Below are positions 36,469 through 47,975 of a stretch of 64,000 nucleotides of DNA, piece after piece. Below the pieces are notes generated by a model, which did not search any database, was not told where the DNA came from, and saw only the letters and a list, made by a program, of their open reading frames with translations. Origin of the DNA: Raillietiella orientalis (taxonomy: Eukaryota); assembly GCA_036172245.1 (NCBI GenBank), contig JAYWIR010000048.1:682001-746000 (forward strand). The letters run 5' to 3'. The translations under genes were made by a program, and so were the position numbers. Each line of letters opens with the position of its first letter. The stretch's first letter is position 1.

Positions 36469-37108
36469 TAACCCCGGTCCGCCACCGCAGGAGTTTCCTC
36501 GTACACGCAAGAAGCCTCGAACGAGCGCGCGCGCATTACAGAATCCTCGCTCCCAGGCCGTCGACATGATCCCTGCATCTGAGTGTGCTTACTTAAGCAG
36601 TACAGTACACTCATTCGGGAAGATTGACTGGACACTTTCGATCGTAAGTATACAATCCACTCTAAAGCGTCTCCGTAATCGGCGATCATTGCTGCAGATC
36701 CGGTTGAGATCAGACAATGGGTTTGGAATAAACACAGATACCCTCTGAGTGGATGCGGGTCCCCATGTTTTATAGGTAGTGGCTTTGACAGTTTATCGAG
36801 GAATAAGAGGGCTTTATACAAAGAATGAATGCGAGGCGGCGACCCAAGGAGTCGATAAGTTCCTCTGGTCAATATTTCCTCAGAGATTCAACCTTTCTTT
36901 CTTTCTTTTTTTTAATCTTTGCTCGTATATTGATTTTCGTTATTTAGGAGCAGATGCTTTAGCCGATATAAACAGAATGTTATTTTACTTTCGTTGCTGA
37001 GGCGATTATAAGAACTTAGGTGTATGCGCCCGCCCGGACACGGGCAGCCGCCAGGCATCTCAGACATGGTGGCGGCCGCCCTGAAGCATTGCGTGAAAAC
37101 GAGATAAC

Positions 37109-37191
37109 AACCCAAAACTCATTAGCTCGGTTTAGTTTGGTTTCCTAATACGGCTGGAACCCAGCCGTGCCGAGCTGACGAGTGGTGGGTT
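37109..37191. repeat. Nested inverted repeat (22-bp outer arms, 8-bp inner hairpin)
   Basis: aacccaaaactcattagctcgg pairs with ccgagctgacgagtggtgggtt (18/22); inner acggctgg-aac-ccagccgt is perfect. Confidence 0.8.
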
Positions 37192-37616
37192 CGTAAGGTC
37201 ACGGACGGGGTCCACTAACCACCGCGAAAGCGCGGCGGCGGCGATCCAACGAGCTGGAAGCCATGGATACAAATGGACTCTTTGCTTTCCCGTGCGGGAA
37301 AGTCTTCTCAGGCTCAGGATTGTGGCAAACTTTCACTTTTCGGCAACCGGACATGATCCGCAGGCGAGAGCTGAGGTCCTCCACGGCGGGGCGGTGAAAA
37401 GAGGACACTCGCAAGGAGCCGTTACGGAGTGTTGCTTACAGTCTCTGATTTCAAAAGGACATCGGCGAGCGTGAAGAAGTCCAGCAGCGGAGAGAGCGGA
37501 GTAATCTTTTGCCACGTGTGCGAATTCGAAAAGAAGTTCGCTTCCGCATAAAGTCCTGTGGATCCGTGTTGCTTTCGTGCACTTTGAAAATGTGAGCTCA
37601 TCTCCTGTGCTCTTAA

Positions 37617-37780
37617 CCCTTTGAGTGCCACGGACGCGTCGATGCGTCCGACGGAAACCGTCAGCGTGCGACGTGGACGGCGCATCCACGCGACTGGCGA
37701 ATGTTTTCACCTGGTGCACGCGGCATAAGTTAACCACCTTCGGGTGTTTGAGGTGGACGCGCACACTTGCGTTCACTGGG
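37617..37780 (+). mobile_element. Orphan left end of a piggyBac-type element
   Basis: TTAA (37613-37616) followed by CCCTTTGAGTGCCACGGACG; the next ~160 bp align with 38386-38522 ('cgcggcataagtt', 'tgtttgagRtggacgc', 'ttgcgttc'). Confidence 0.7.
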
Positions 37781-38385
37781 GTCCCTAGAAAGATGCCGTC
37801 CGAAAGAAAGCGGAGCTTCCCCCGAATGTGAGCGCACCAACCCAGCAAGTCTACAGCGTCGCCCACCATCCAGCACTTGCGAGATCTGCTGAAGGCATCG
37901 GCTCCAGGAACCCCTAGGAAGCACCGAGAGCGCAACTGAAAAGCACCAATCATTGAACCCATCGCCAGCCAAGGAAGCAGGCGTCAGATTAATCCTTCCC
38001 CCTCCCCCCTTCCCCAAGAAATGAGCGAAAGGTCCAGAGCTCGATCTCTGGGCGAGACTCACCTCGACGAGGAGCACCACCACTCTCTTCTCTCTCTCCC
38101 CCAGCCCTTAAATGTACGTTGAAGTACTATTCTATCGCCAACAGCGACTCGCCGTGCAGAGGAGCACCCGCAGCATCGGAGGACTGGCGTCCATTTCTAA
38201 CCCTCCGTGACGAGAAGCGTGGCAAGATGACTTCGTCCCTTATCCAAAGTCGCACCGAGGACGCCCCCTGTGCCGCAGGCAGGCTGCAAGGAAGGGCAGA
38301 TGCCCGGCTATTCTCCCCTTCGTACCCTTCCCTGAATTGCGATGCGGCAGAGCCCGCACCTGGCGACCCTTCCCTTCTCTTTCAA

Positions 38386-38913
38386 CCCTTTGGGTGCCAT
38401 GGACGCCTATATGCATACGATGAAAACTACATATTTGCGTTTGGCCAAATGCTTTTACCCTATACTCGCGGCATAAGTTGACGTCATCGATGTTTGAGAT
38501 GGACGCATACATTTGCGTTCTTATAATTGCCTTAGCAACGACAGGAAGCAAAGTTCTATTCATATCGGCTAACTACTCCAGGCTTTTCAGGCAGCTGCCT
38601 CTCTGAAAAACAGGGAATAGCATAACATGTAATTTGTTATATTGTACCACACCCAAATGAATCATTGAGTTTCTTGAAATTACAATTATAATTTCCAAGT
38701 AAAATGTTTGGGAAAAACGAAAATATTTCATTCAGTTGGTGTAAACAGGCAGTTGCAATAGCAACTTTAATCAGCACTTTGTGTGGTCAGTTGGTACCTC
38801 TGATAGCCTACGCGGTACGCGGGAAAAAGCGTGCCGTCCGCAGAGGTCGACACTGCGACTCGCGTGCCGTCGACACGGAACGTTTCAATGTGATGGGCTC
38901 CGCACCCAAAGGG
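38386..38913 (+). mobile_element. Non-autonomous piggyBac-type MITE (528 bp)
   Basis: Perfect 12-bp TIRs CCCTTTGGGTGC / GCACCCAAAGGG; flanked by TCAA (38382-38385, one mismatch) and TTAA (38914-38917); AT-rich interior. Confidence 0.8.
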
Positions 38914-40258
38914 TTAAATTTGGCAAGTAGAACGGACAGGTCATGCATCGGTGCGGTCATGTATGCATCAACGGATTCATAGATTCTCGTTGACGTTCAT
39001 AGATGACCCTAGTGTTGTGTTTTCAGGAACCTTGGCTTCGATAGCCGGAAGTTGTGAGGCTGCGCAATTGGCAGAATATTCTTCAGTTTTCACGAGGGCC
39101 AACGAATTGAGGAGGGATTGCAGTTCGGAAGGAGTCAGAATTTGCATCTCCTTCAGCAGGCGGTGATACTCTTCTGCGTCCATCCGTGGAAGGTCCGTTG
39201 TTTATCGGAATCGTTGCGCTCCTGGAGGATCAGGCAGATCAGGATCAGGCTGGGATCGCTGCTCAATGAGGATAATGAAGATCGCTGCACCCTTGCATCA
39301 TGGAGAGCACCTTACTAACAGTTAGCGCTAGGGGGTCAGAGTGTCCTCTGAAGCAGTGCTGACGAATCAAAGATTTTTCGCGTGCCCAAACCAGGGTGAC
39401 CCGGCGACGCGCCCATCACGCCGTGCCGGGGGGCACTTCTTGCCTCTCAAAAGCCTGAAACTCTTTGCATAGATAATTCGCCTTCGACGTGCAAGATTGA
39501 AGAGGCAAAGTCCTCCCAAATATGACATTGATTTGCATAAAACAGCAGGAGGAAATAAGCAGATGGATGATGCGACGCTCTTTCAGTTTCACGATGGTCG
39601 TGCAAAGTCATTTAATGTACTCGAAAATTATTTTGTTTGATTTTCAGTGCTCCGCTTCTCAACCCAATTGACCAATACGTTAACTTTTCAATGCAAGGTC
39701 CCATGTAACGCGGAGGGGGGGGAGAGAAGGGTGCGTTCCGGGTTCTACTAACCCCATGGGATGCACACTGATAATATAACGGTGTTTGCAAAGGGTAAAA
39801 AATGTTAGAGAAATGGCATATTTATCATTTTACTTCAAAGCACACAAAAAATGACAAGGGTGTATTTATTACACTTGAAAGTAAAGAAAAAAAAAAAAAA
39901 AAGAGCAGCTTTTTCTATATAGCTTTTGTTGATATGTAATCAATCTAAGCAGTTCCTTATTTATTTTTTCCCTTATTTCCCCTGCAGAAAAATTTCAGCC
40001 CGCCTGGTCACCTAGTGAAGCATTCAGCCAAAGACGCTGTGGTTCTTCCTTGTTTCCTCCTTTGCTGTAAATCTCGGTATCACCTCAGTCCTGGAAACTG
40101 TCCTTCTGCTGATCGCAATAGCTGCTGCTTTCCTTTCCAGGACATAAATTCATGCTCCTTGAAACTCACGGGAATACTTGATTCATGACATGTAAAACAA
40201 CTGCACCTAAGGTTCAATTAACTTCCGTGTACGTGCGACACGTGCGCACCGTATTTGA

Positions 40259-40733
40259 TTTTCACCCGGATTTCGCCGGGTCGTTTATTTAAAAATAAAC
40301 TTTACAAGAAGATGTCAGTGGCTGGAGCGTTGCTCCAGCCACCCACGAAGAAACACGGAGCCTGCCGGGTCACCGGTTCGCAGACCGGTGCGGTCCACCA
40401 AGGCAGCAGGCGGAAGGGGGAAAAACAAAAAACTAAACGAAAAGAAAAAAAAAAGAGTGCGAGGGTACGGGAAGGGATCACTGTTTCTGCTGGGGCCGTT
40501 GCATCCTTCTCAGGATGCCGGCAAGCTCTTCTTGCATTCGCGGATCCAGGTGGGGCCATCGCGACGCCCTCCTCAGGAATTGGGAGGCGCCCTCGATGGC
40601 ATCCTTATCGCGTGGTCCTCCCGTAGCCGTGCTCCATGCGGCGACGATCCCGCGAAGGCAGCACAAGGCCGCTATCGAGGCTGCTGGCCGAAGGGCTTCG
40701 GCAACGAAGAGGGCTTTCAATGCAATGGGCTTT
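40259..40733 (-). mobile_element. 5'-truncated Tx1-like LINE with perfect 14-bp TSD
   Basis: 'AALCCLRGIVAAWS..DAIEGASQFLRRASRWPHL'; AATAAA, CCCGG-CGAAAT-CCGGG-TG-AAAA; TSD cgcaccgtatttga at 40245-40258 and 40734-40747. Confidence 0.92.
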
Positions 40734-40789
40734 CGCACCGTATTTGAGTGCACGCGGGCTTCTGCCATTTATAAGATACATGGCATCTC

Positions 40790-41460
40790 GAAGGTATTAC
40801 TGGTAGTTTCCTTCCTCGAAGGTGTTGCTCGATACGAACACAGGCAGGTGTCCTCCAGTGCCACTACGACTGCTGGTCAATGCTCAATTAGTTCCTTTCC
40901 ACATTTATAGATGTCTCTATGCTCAGACTCTCCTTGAAGCCTGCGCGTTCTACTTCATCGGAGCACAAGAAGAGGGAAGCACGGTGAGCGCTTTTCATTA
41001 GCGGCAGGAACCGTCCAAATGGTAATAGCCATCTTTGAGACTAACCCTTCGTGGCAAGGAGAAATTTAGCTAAGGAAAACTTAAATTAGTTATTGATCTT
41101 GTCGTGATGGCGATGTTTTGGTGCCGAAATGAGCTTCCGACTGAAAGGTGTCTCTTTATTATAATTTGGTTGATCTAAAAGTCGTGGAGGTCTGTCTTCA
41201 GCATCACAAAAGTGGGAGGTTGAAAAGTCACAGTAGTAGGTGCTATCCTATGACCGCCAATTGTGGACTTCATGAAATTGCAGCTTGCGTTAGGGCGATT
41301 GCGCCTACTTTCTCCAACGTAGGAGTTGCAAAATTGGAGAGTTTGTGGTTGCAAGCTGGTACATATGAGCTTATATATCTTGCAATACACACCATGAGAA
41401 TTCTGCTCGCGTGATGATGCAAATGAAACAGAAAAAACTCAGTCGAGCAGATTCCAGAAA
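40790..41460 (+). mobile_element. Decayed Gypsy-like RT-thumb/RNase H remnant
   Basis: 'VSFLEGVARYEHRQVSSSATTTA' resembles RSFLGxVNYYxRFIPxxATxxAPL; 'AKLESLWLQAGTYELIY' resembles RLQRWxLxLxxYxYELxY. Confidence 0.35.
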
Positions 41461-42899
41461 GCTGGAAGTCTCTCGGAGTGACGAACGTAGGATGCTCTTC
41501 TCTTCCATGGAAGCTCAAGAAGGCTTTAGGTCCGTAGTCAGAGGAACGTTTCCCGTTGTTCGCGTGCCCTCAACAGAATCAGACACTAAATCCATTGTGA
41601 TGGGGATCGAGGAGTTCAACTAGGGAGGAAATGTGACGAGAGGATGTGAACGTGAGACAATGAGCATCCGTGGAAGGAATAAAAGAAAGGGAGAAACATG
41701 AAATGTTCAATTAATTTGAAAGGCCGGGAGGAGAAGGGTTCTCAGTCCTAACGTAGAAACACTGTGGACATCCGGGAGATTTCTTCGTCTCAGGAGACTG
41801 GAGCAGCTACCTGAAAGAAGGATGGCAAGTTGCAGGGGACTCTTGGGCATTTCCCGGTTGAATGTGCAGCGCGAGATCGACTGCGGAGGAGAAAAGCAGT
41901 GTCCTGGAGCAAAAAGATGAAAAGCATCAGACTGAAATTCGAAATAGGTAGAGAGTATACTTCACTCTTCCAGGAAGATTGTAGTGGAATCAACTGATGA
42001 ACATCCCGAGCATCCATGGGCGCGTGGGCAACATTGCTTGTAGCTTTCTTCGTGCTTCTTTTCTTTCATTTCTAGTCCAATGCGTTCTCCCCTTTGCCCA
42101 TTCCGTCCCACTGATTATTGTCTGATTCGATCTAGACTTCTTCGTTACTTGAATCCCGGGACACTCTGACCACAATCACCGGCGCTTTGATCCAGATGCC
42201 GGTGCCCATCTGGATAAAGAGTCTGGCAAAGACGGTTCCCGGGATGTTTGCTTTGCCAGCGCTTCCTCCAGGCTCTCGCCGAGTTCCTGAGAGGGGCAGC
42301 TCACGTCAAGGATAGTGATCCGTTTATCGTTCAGAAGCCCCAGGTCAGGCCGAAGCTTCGGGATCGATCCCTCCCGTGCCTGCTGGCTGGGAACCCCCGA
42401 GGCTCCTATCCTTTCCGCGCCGCCTCACCGAATTAAGCAACGGAACGGGAAATTAGCGTGGCAGTGGATGAAAGGTCGCTCGGTGCCCCGCGCATCTTCC
42501 ATGCATGTCATCCTTGGCGTTCTCTGCTTACTACTCTCGGGTAGATAGCAGGTTCAGGGGAAGCAGCGCGTGTGACATGGTGACCGTGACCGGTCCATCC
42601 ACTCCGTTCTGCCGAGATCTCTGCTACCTGCAAGCGGGACAGCTGAGAAGAAGAGGTGACGAGATTCCCACCGTTCCTGTGGGAGTGTCCGTGGTGTGGA
42701 ACGACGCCTGACACTTTCTCCTACACGTGCAGCGGTATGGCAGGAGATGAGATCAAAAAAACAAGAGTGCGATGGGGCCTGATTGGTCGTAACCAGATGG
42801 ATCCCATCCATCCTTGGTTGCGACTCACCAGCCCTTGCCTTCCTCCAGAGAGGTCCTCCGACGCTGCTCAAGAATCAAGGAGCTCGCAGGGGCGAAACG

Positions 42900-44410
42900 A
42901 GGAGCGAAGCGCCGAGATGCCTACATTTCGACTTCCGAGATCTGAACTTGAGAACCCTGGCCGTTCTTCTCCCGATCACGTGGGGCCTCCGGAAACTGCA
43001 GGGTGCGCCGTCAATACGCCAGCCTGGAGAAGCGAGCTCCGTAGGGCTCCTGAGTCTCCAAGATCAGTCGCTCCGGTTCCAAGGAGCGACTGACCGATTT
43101 GATCCCTCCTCGCGAGGATGTTGGTCAAGACCGGTTCTCTGCCGAACGGATGCAGATGCGAGCATTGTTCCGGAGGCTGGCTCTCACGGTGAGGGAGAGG
43201 TCCATAGTTTCTCCCCATGGCGTGGCTGACTAGCGTACAGCCTGCTGTCTGCTCAACAGGAACGCTCTGCAGCGAAAAGCATTGGAAACGTGGATGCGGG
43301 CAAACGGCCCAACCTTCCCAAACAGGAGCGCCTCCAGTCACCCGGGAAGACGCCTCCTCTAAGGGATACTGGCGATGTTGGTCTGCATCCTGGATCTCAG
43401 AGCGCGACTCACTGAGGACGCCACGCCTCCACCGTTTCACCATTAGAGTCAGGAAGCAGAGGATGCTTCTGGAGCGTCGGAGGTGACTGACATATCTCTG
43501 GGGTCACCAAGGCAACTGGATACTGGGAAACCCCTCTCCTAGCGATCATGTTCCCTCCCAAAGCTCTACCTTGGGGTCCCCAAAGTTAAACGGGATTCCC
43601 CAGGAAGAACTTTGAGATCTCGTTATGCCCGGGGTCAACGTCTCCACCCTGTCTCACTTCGCTGGCACAGCGAATCGCTGTTTTGTCAGTGCACCGGGAG
43701 CTCCCTAGAAACGAGGGACACCAACCCGCCTCCGTGGGAAGAGAGTCCCCATGGAGTGCATCCGCTGGGCGATATACGGAACCTTACCGCACGTGTCTGC
43801 TGGAACGCGTAGGGCTGCGTCGGGGCTGGGAGCGCATCCCTGAGGAGCTCCCGTTCCCCCCCCCGATGCCGCCCATGGAGACCGACTTTTCAGGTTTGCC
43901 GGTTGCCACGCACAAGCAGCCGTGACCGCCAAAATGGAGGAGGAAGAGTGTGGCTGAGCAGTCACCGACAATCGCCATCGCTGTCTACGTGCGAAAGAGG
44001 ATGAAATGGTCGAATCAGGGAAGTAAAGGTGAGTGGGGTGCGAACGCTTGTGAGCAGACTGACCAGAAACCGGATAGAGCGCATCCCATTCCGTCGCTTT
44101 CCTACCCGACGCAGGCCTTCGGGAATCAGGTTGAATACCGCAAGGCAGGTCCGCTCCACTCCACGCCTTATTCAGGTACCTATTCGTTTTCCCTTCCTCC
44201 TCTACCTCCATTCTTCCCAAGTTCTGTTCCCTGAGAGGGCTGAGAGGGCAGGAAATTTGGGCTCGGGCCGGCTCATGTCTTCACACTCTGGAGAGATATC
44301 AATCCACCAGCTCCATTGTACAAGATGGAGGGAGTTACCCCGAGGAAGGAGGGAGACGGGGGAGGGGAAGATTCCATTTGCACAACTCCTTAATTCCTAC
44401 AGGAATCCTC
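42900..44410 (-). mobile_element. Decayed Tx1/L1-like RT fragment (older subfamily)
   Basis: 'LPVSLPRG' (LPxSxRRG), 'DLPCGIQP' (DQTCGIPG), 'GTGAPQGCAPSP' (RGxRQGCPLSP), 'LKFF/LGIPF' in order on the minus strand. Confidence 0.5.
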
Positions 44411-45002
44411 GTCTTGCTTTGAAATAAACAACTCTGCTATCCGACGTGAGGAGGTCACGCCGGGGCGTTGGTCCAGAACGAGAAACAGACCGACAAGCTG
44501 GGGATGCGAGTAGGTGACCAGAGGGATGGTTCACCGACACGCAGAACAACTCCGGAGAGGGAAGAAGGAGGGCAATAAACAAATAAATAAAAAAGAAAGA
44601 AAGAGAAGGGAAGTCGGAGAGAGCATCCCTTGACATGGGACACTCCTTCTAGCTCAGTACCGACGCAGCATGTCGACGATCCCCACCTCGACTTCTTTTT
44701 TGCCGTTGAGGCCACCTCGCAGCCGCCCTCACGTTGGCGGTACTAGTGCATCCTGGGATCTCGAAAACGATAGGCTTCCACGGAAATCGGTAACACCTCG
44801 CCTGCATACAGGCAGAATGAAACGCATCTCAGTGTCCCCCAGCATCCAGCGCGGCAGCGATGCGGAATGGACTCAGCAACCGAGCCAGCCTCCTGGAAAA
44901 GAAACCGACCTCCTTACACCTCTCTTCTCAGCAGGCCTCCGTGCGGCACCGAGCCCCAGGTCTGGCGCATCAGTCCGTCGATTTCTACCTTACCACTGAG
45001 AC

Positions 45003-46889
45003 GAACCGGCACGTGTACGGCGTGTCAGTTCGTCGCGGCATCCGGCAGGGCCACAGTCTCAGCCCCCTGCTCTTCAGCATCTACTTTGAGTTGGTGCTGA
45101 GAGCATACAGGGAGACTTTGGCAACCCTGCAGAGCTTGTGTACATGCACGCCTGCCGTGTCGGCCTATGCCGACGACCTTCTGCTCCTGCTCCCCGGGTC
45201 CACCCCGGCATCGGCGCTCGAGGATTTTTTCGAGTTGCTGCGCCGCGGGACAGGCCTCGAGGTGAATAGGACGAAGTCGTCGATCATCTTCTCGGACTCG
45301 TCGCGGGCAGGACGGTCGAACTGGATCCGCTTGGGGATCTTCACGGGCGGGTGCATCAAGTACCTTGGCGTTCCGTTGGGGGACTTCTGCATTCTGTCCG
45401 ACCGTCTTCAAAAGGTGGAGTTAGCGATCGGCCCGTTCCGTGACGGCAAGTTTTTCTTGCAGGAACGGGCCGCGGTGTGGAACGCCTTTGCGGCCCCCCT
45501 CCTTCGCCCCCTACTTTTTGTGTGTCCCGCCCCTCCCCAAATTTGGACAAGGACAAGGGGCCTCATAAGAAAAGCCCTCTGGGGCAACCGGAGGCCCCGC
45601 GTCCGGCTTAAAGACTTGCGCGCTCCACGCAGGGACGGTGGACTTTGTCTCCTGACGTTGGAGCGCATGAAACGACAGCTCCAATTTAGAAAACTTGCCC
45701 TTGTGGCAAAAAACTGCAAAGCACCATGGTGTGCTCTCGCAAGACTCCTCGCCCACAGGGCAACCGGCTGCTACGGATTCACCTCAATCCTGGTAGCCAA
45801 CGACCGTAGTCTGAACCCTTGTGGGTTTCAGCTACGCGATCTGGCTCCCTTGATGAGGGAGAATCCGTAGATCTCCTGCATCCTCGCGGACTGGACTACC
45901 TGGCTACAGGAGTCCGTTTCCGCGTGGGCGAAAATCAGCGGCTCCAGCGGTGTGGACTTCTCCTGCCTTCGCCGAGGCAGGTACGCTGGCCAGCCACTGC
46001 AGGAAATCGTTTCCAACCCACGGAAACTTCTGTGGGTTTCCTTCACCCCCCTTGCCCCGTGCTGCCCTCCCTCAGGGAAATCAGGGACAGCGTACAGGAG
46101 GTGGCCAATCAGGACAGCCATGGTGAGGTGGCCCCCAGCGTCTTGGGACAACGGCATTCTTCCCCTGCAGTGGCAGCAGACGGCGCTGCTTGTGCTCCAT
46201 TGGGGGCTTTTAAGCAAAGCACGCCTGTCTCGCTGGATATAGGGGAGTGTGGATGCCAATTGCGCAGAGTGCGGGGAAAGAGAGACTTTCCCCCACTTAA
46301 TCATCGAGTGTGTGACCCTCCTTCAGATGTGGGATCGACTCTGGTCGATCCTGAACATTCCGGGGGGCGACCCCAAGAACATTTTTAGACGCCACCTGAT
46401 GCGGGACGCCATGCCAGCCTCCGGGTGTGTAGCAGTGCTCTGTTGCATACGGGAAATCCTGGATAAGTGGACCGCGTCAAGGAGAGGCCGCACCAGTCGG
46501 AATGCCATCCACTGGGCAGCCATCTCTTTGGAGAAGGCTTCCCGTTGGTGCCGACTTAAGAAGCATTTGCCGGCACTTCGCATCCGAAACCGGATACAGA
46601 GACCTCCTCACGCGTACCGTGATCCCCTCCCTTTCCTCCCCACCCAAAAAACATTGCCCCCCCAGGCGTTTTTCTTTTCTTTTTTCTTTTCTTTTTTTTT
46701 TTCCCGCCCCTGAGCCAGTGTGGAGGACCTTATCGGCCTGCGGGTCGGTAAGGACAAGTGCCCCAAGAGAGACAAAAACTTCTGTGCTGACCTAAAAGAA
46801 AAACATTGTTAACAAAAAAGACTTTATTATGGAATTTTTTCAATGTAAAGAATTTTAATAATAAAAGCCCCGGCTCACCCGGGTGAAAA
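45003..46889 (+). mobile_element. 5'-truncated Tx1/L1-clade LINE ORF2 (RT C-terminal half plus CCHC zinc finger), best-preserved copy
   Basis: RRGIRQGHSLSPLLF, AYADDL, GLEVNRTKS, IKYLGV, ALWG..RDGGL, CAECGERETFPHLIIEC, all in one frame with two TAG stops (45868-45870, 46240-46242). Ends AATAAA, hairpin, AAAA. TSD accactgagac at 44992-45002 and 46890-46900. Confidence 0.95.
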
Positions 46890-46900
46890 ACCACTGAGAC

Positions 46901-47975
46901 CACCTTACGCTCTGCAGGCGGCCCCGAACGTTGCGGGTTCAAATACCTACCAGGAAAGGATGGATGCCGAGAAACGGGTGCGTCGTGGATTTCGGTTCCT
47001 CCCTGCGGGATGACACTGGTTGGCCTGTAGGCTCCAGGTGCGGCACTGGTTGACACCCTGTCCCTCCGGGGCGTTTATTTATAGAATAAACATCCATGTC
47101 TGTGACATGGCGTTTGATCCTGTCACGTTACTCATAACTAGGAGAAGGAACCTGCCGGGAACAGGCACGCCGGCCAGCGGGATTCGCCTCGGCAACATTG
47201 GCGGAGGGGGAACAAAGAAAAAAAAACATAAAACGAAAAAAACATTCAGTCAAAAAAATAGGGAAGGGATCACTCTGTGCTGCAGGATTTTCTTTGCAAC
47301 CTTGTAAGGATGCCGGCAAGTTCCTGTTTCAGGACTCCCAGCTGGGTCCATCTGGACGCTGCCCTCATGAGGAGGACAGCAAAATTGACGGCGTCCCTGC
47401 CGTTCCGGACTCTTCTGACGTTGCTCCATGCAGCAATGGTCCTGTCGCCTGCCCAGCAAAGTGCTGCTAAGGGTGTGTCCGTTGGCAGGGCGTGCGCAGG
47501 AAGAGACGCTTTCAAATGTCTCTGGAGTTGCCTCCAGGGATTCTCAGGGTGCGGATCTGGTGGAGGCCAGATGCTCTCAATGATTGGACGCAATTGGAAG
47601 TGAACTTTCCGGAGTCCTCCCGGCAATCAAGGAACCCTTCGGGGTTTTCCTCCGGCTGTGAAAATGGAGCCGTCTTCCCTCCTCCCTCACCCTCGGAAGG
47701 GGACCCTCCATCGCGTATCATGGAACTGGCTGATGCCTCTCCAGAGTGCTAAGAAACGCACTGCTCCCTCTGCTGGAATTTGCAAGAGTCCCTTCGAGGT
47801 TCTCTTCGGAGGAAGAACAAGAAGCGGTCTCTTTGCGGGTTCCCTCCCAAGAAGAGATTCCAGGAGCAGATGCCTTCCGGGTTCCCTTTCGAGAAGTAAG
47901 GAGTTACTTCCTCCGGGGAAGTCTTTTGGGAAAGAATGAGGAGGAGGTTCCCTTTGGGGTTCCCTTTGGTGTGTT
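46901..47975 (+). mobile_element. Long tRNA-derived SINE-like element, copy 5, split by a Tx1-like insertion (parts 46901-47050 and 47548-47975)
   Basis: 'gcgggttcaaatacc..gggtgcgtcgtggatttcgg..ggtgcggcactggt' breaks at 47050 and resumes at 47548 with 'ggtgcggatctggtggaggcc..gcaatcaaggaacccttcgggg'. Confidence 0.75.
47051..47547 (-). mobile_element. 5'-truncated Tx1-like LINE with ~14-bp TSD
   Basis: 'DAVNFAVLLMRAASRWTQLGVLKQELAGILTRLQR', UTR, AATAAA, hairpin. Flanks ggtgcggcactggt (47037-47050) and ggtgcggatctggt (47548-47561). Confidence 0.85.

Larger units (their letters stand above)
37450..39300 (-). mobile_element. Decayed PIF/Harbinger DDE transposase interrupted by piggyBac-type inserts
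   Basis: In order: 'RMDAEEYHRLL' (FRMxxxxFxxLL), 'TPSELQSLLNSLA', 'GVLGATLDKGRSHL' (GAIDGxH), 'YFN', 'VVVLLVEV', 'GR../SDA', 'LGVP..MVGDAVDLLGW' (VGDxAFPL), 'FQSARK', 'AAGLLH' (ACxLHN). Confidence 0.55.

Noticed and set aside
38800..38885. 'VDGTRVAV..GTLFPAYRVGY' as the Harbinger catalytic motif with a neighbouring intron
   Set aside because: It lies inside the TIR-bounded piggyBac MITE, and a better-placed motif occurs after removing the MITE.
44860..45870. Intact 336-aa RT gene, or a prokaryotic RT system (retron, DGR, group II intron)
   Set aside because: Motifs are L1/Tx1-type. The first ~48 codons lie outside the TSD-defined insertion, the RT is 5'-truncated, and no accessory system is present.
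46868..46890. Helitron 3' terminus
   Set aside because: The hairpin is preceded by AATAAA and LINE ORF2, followed by A-runs rather than CTRR, and copies have 10-14-bp TSDs.
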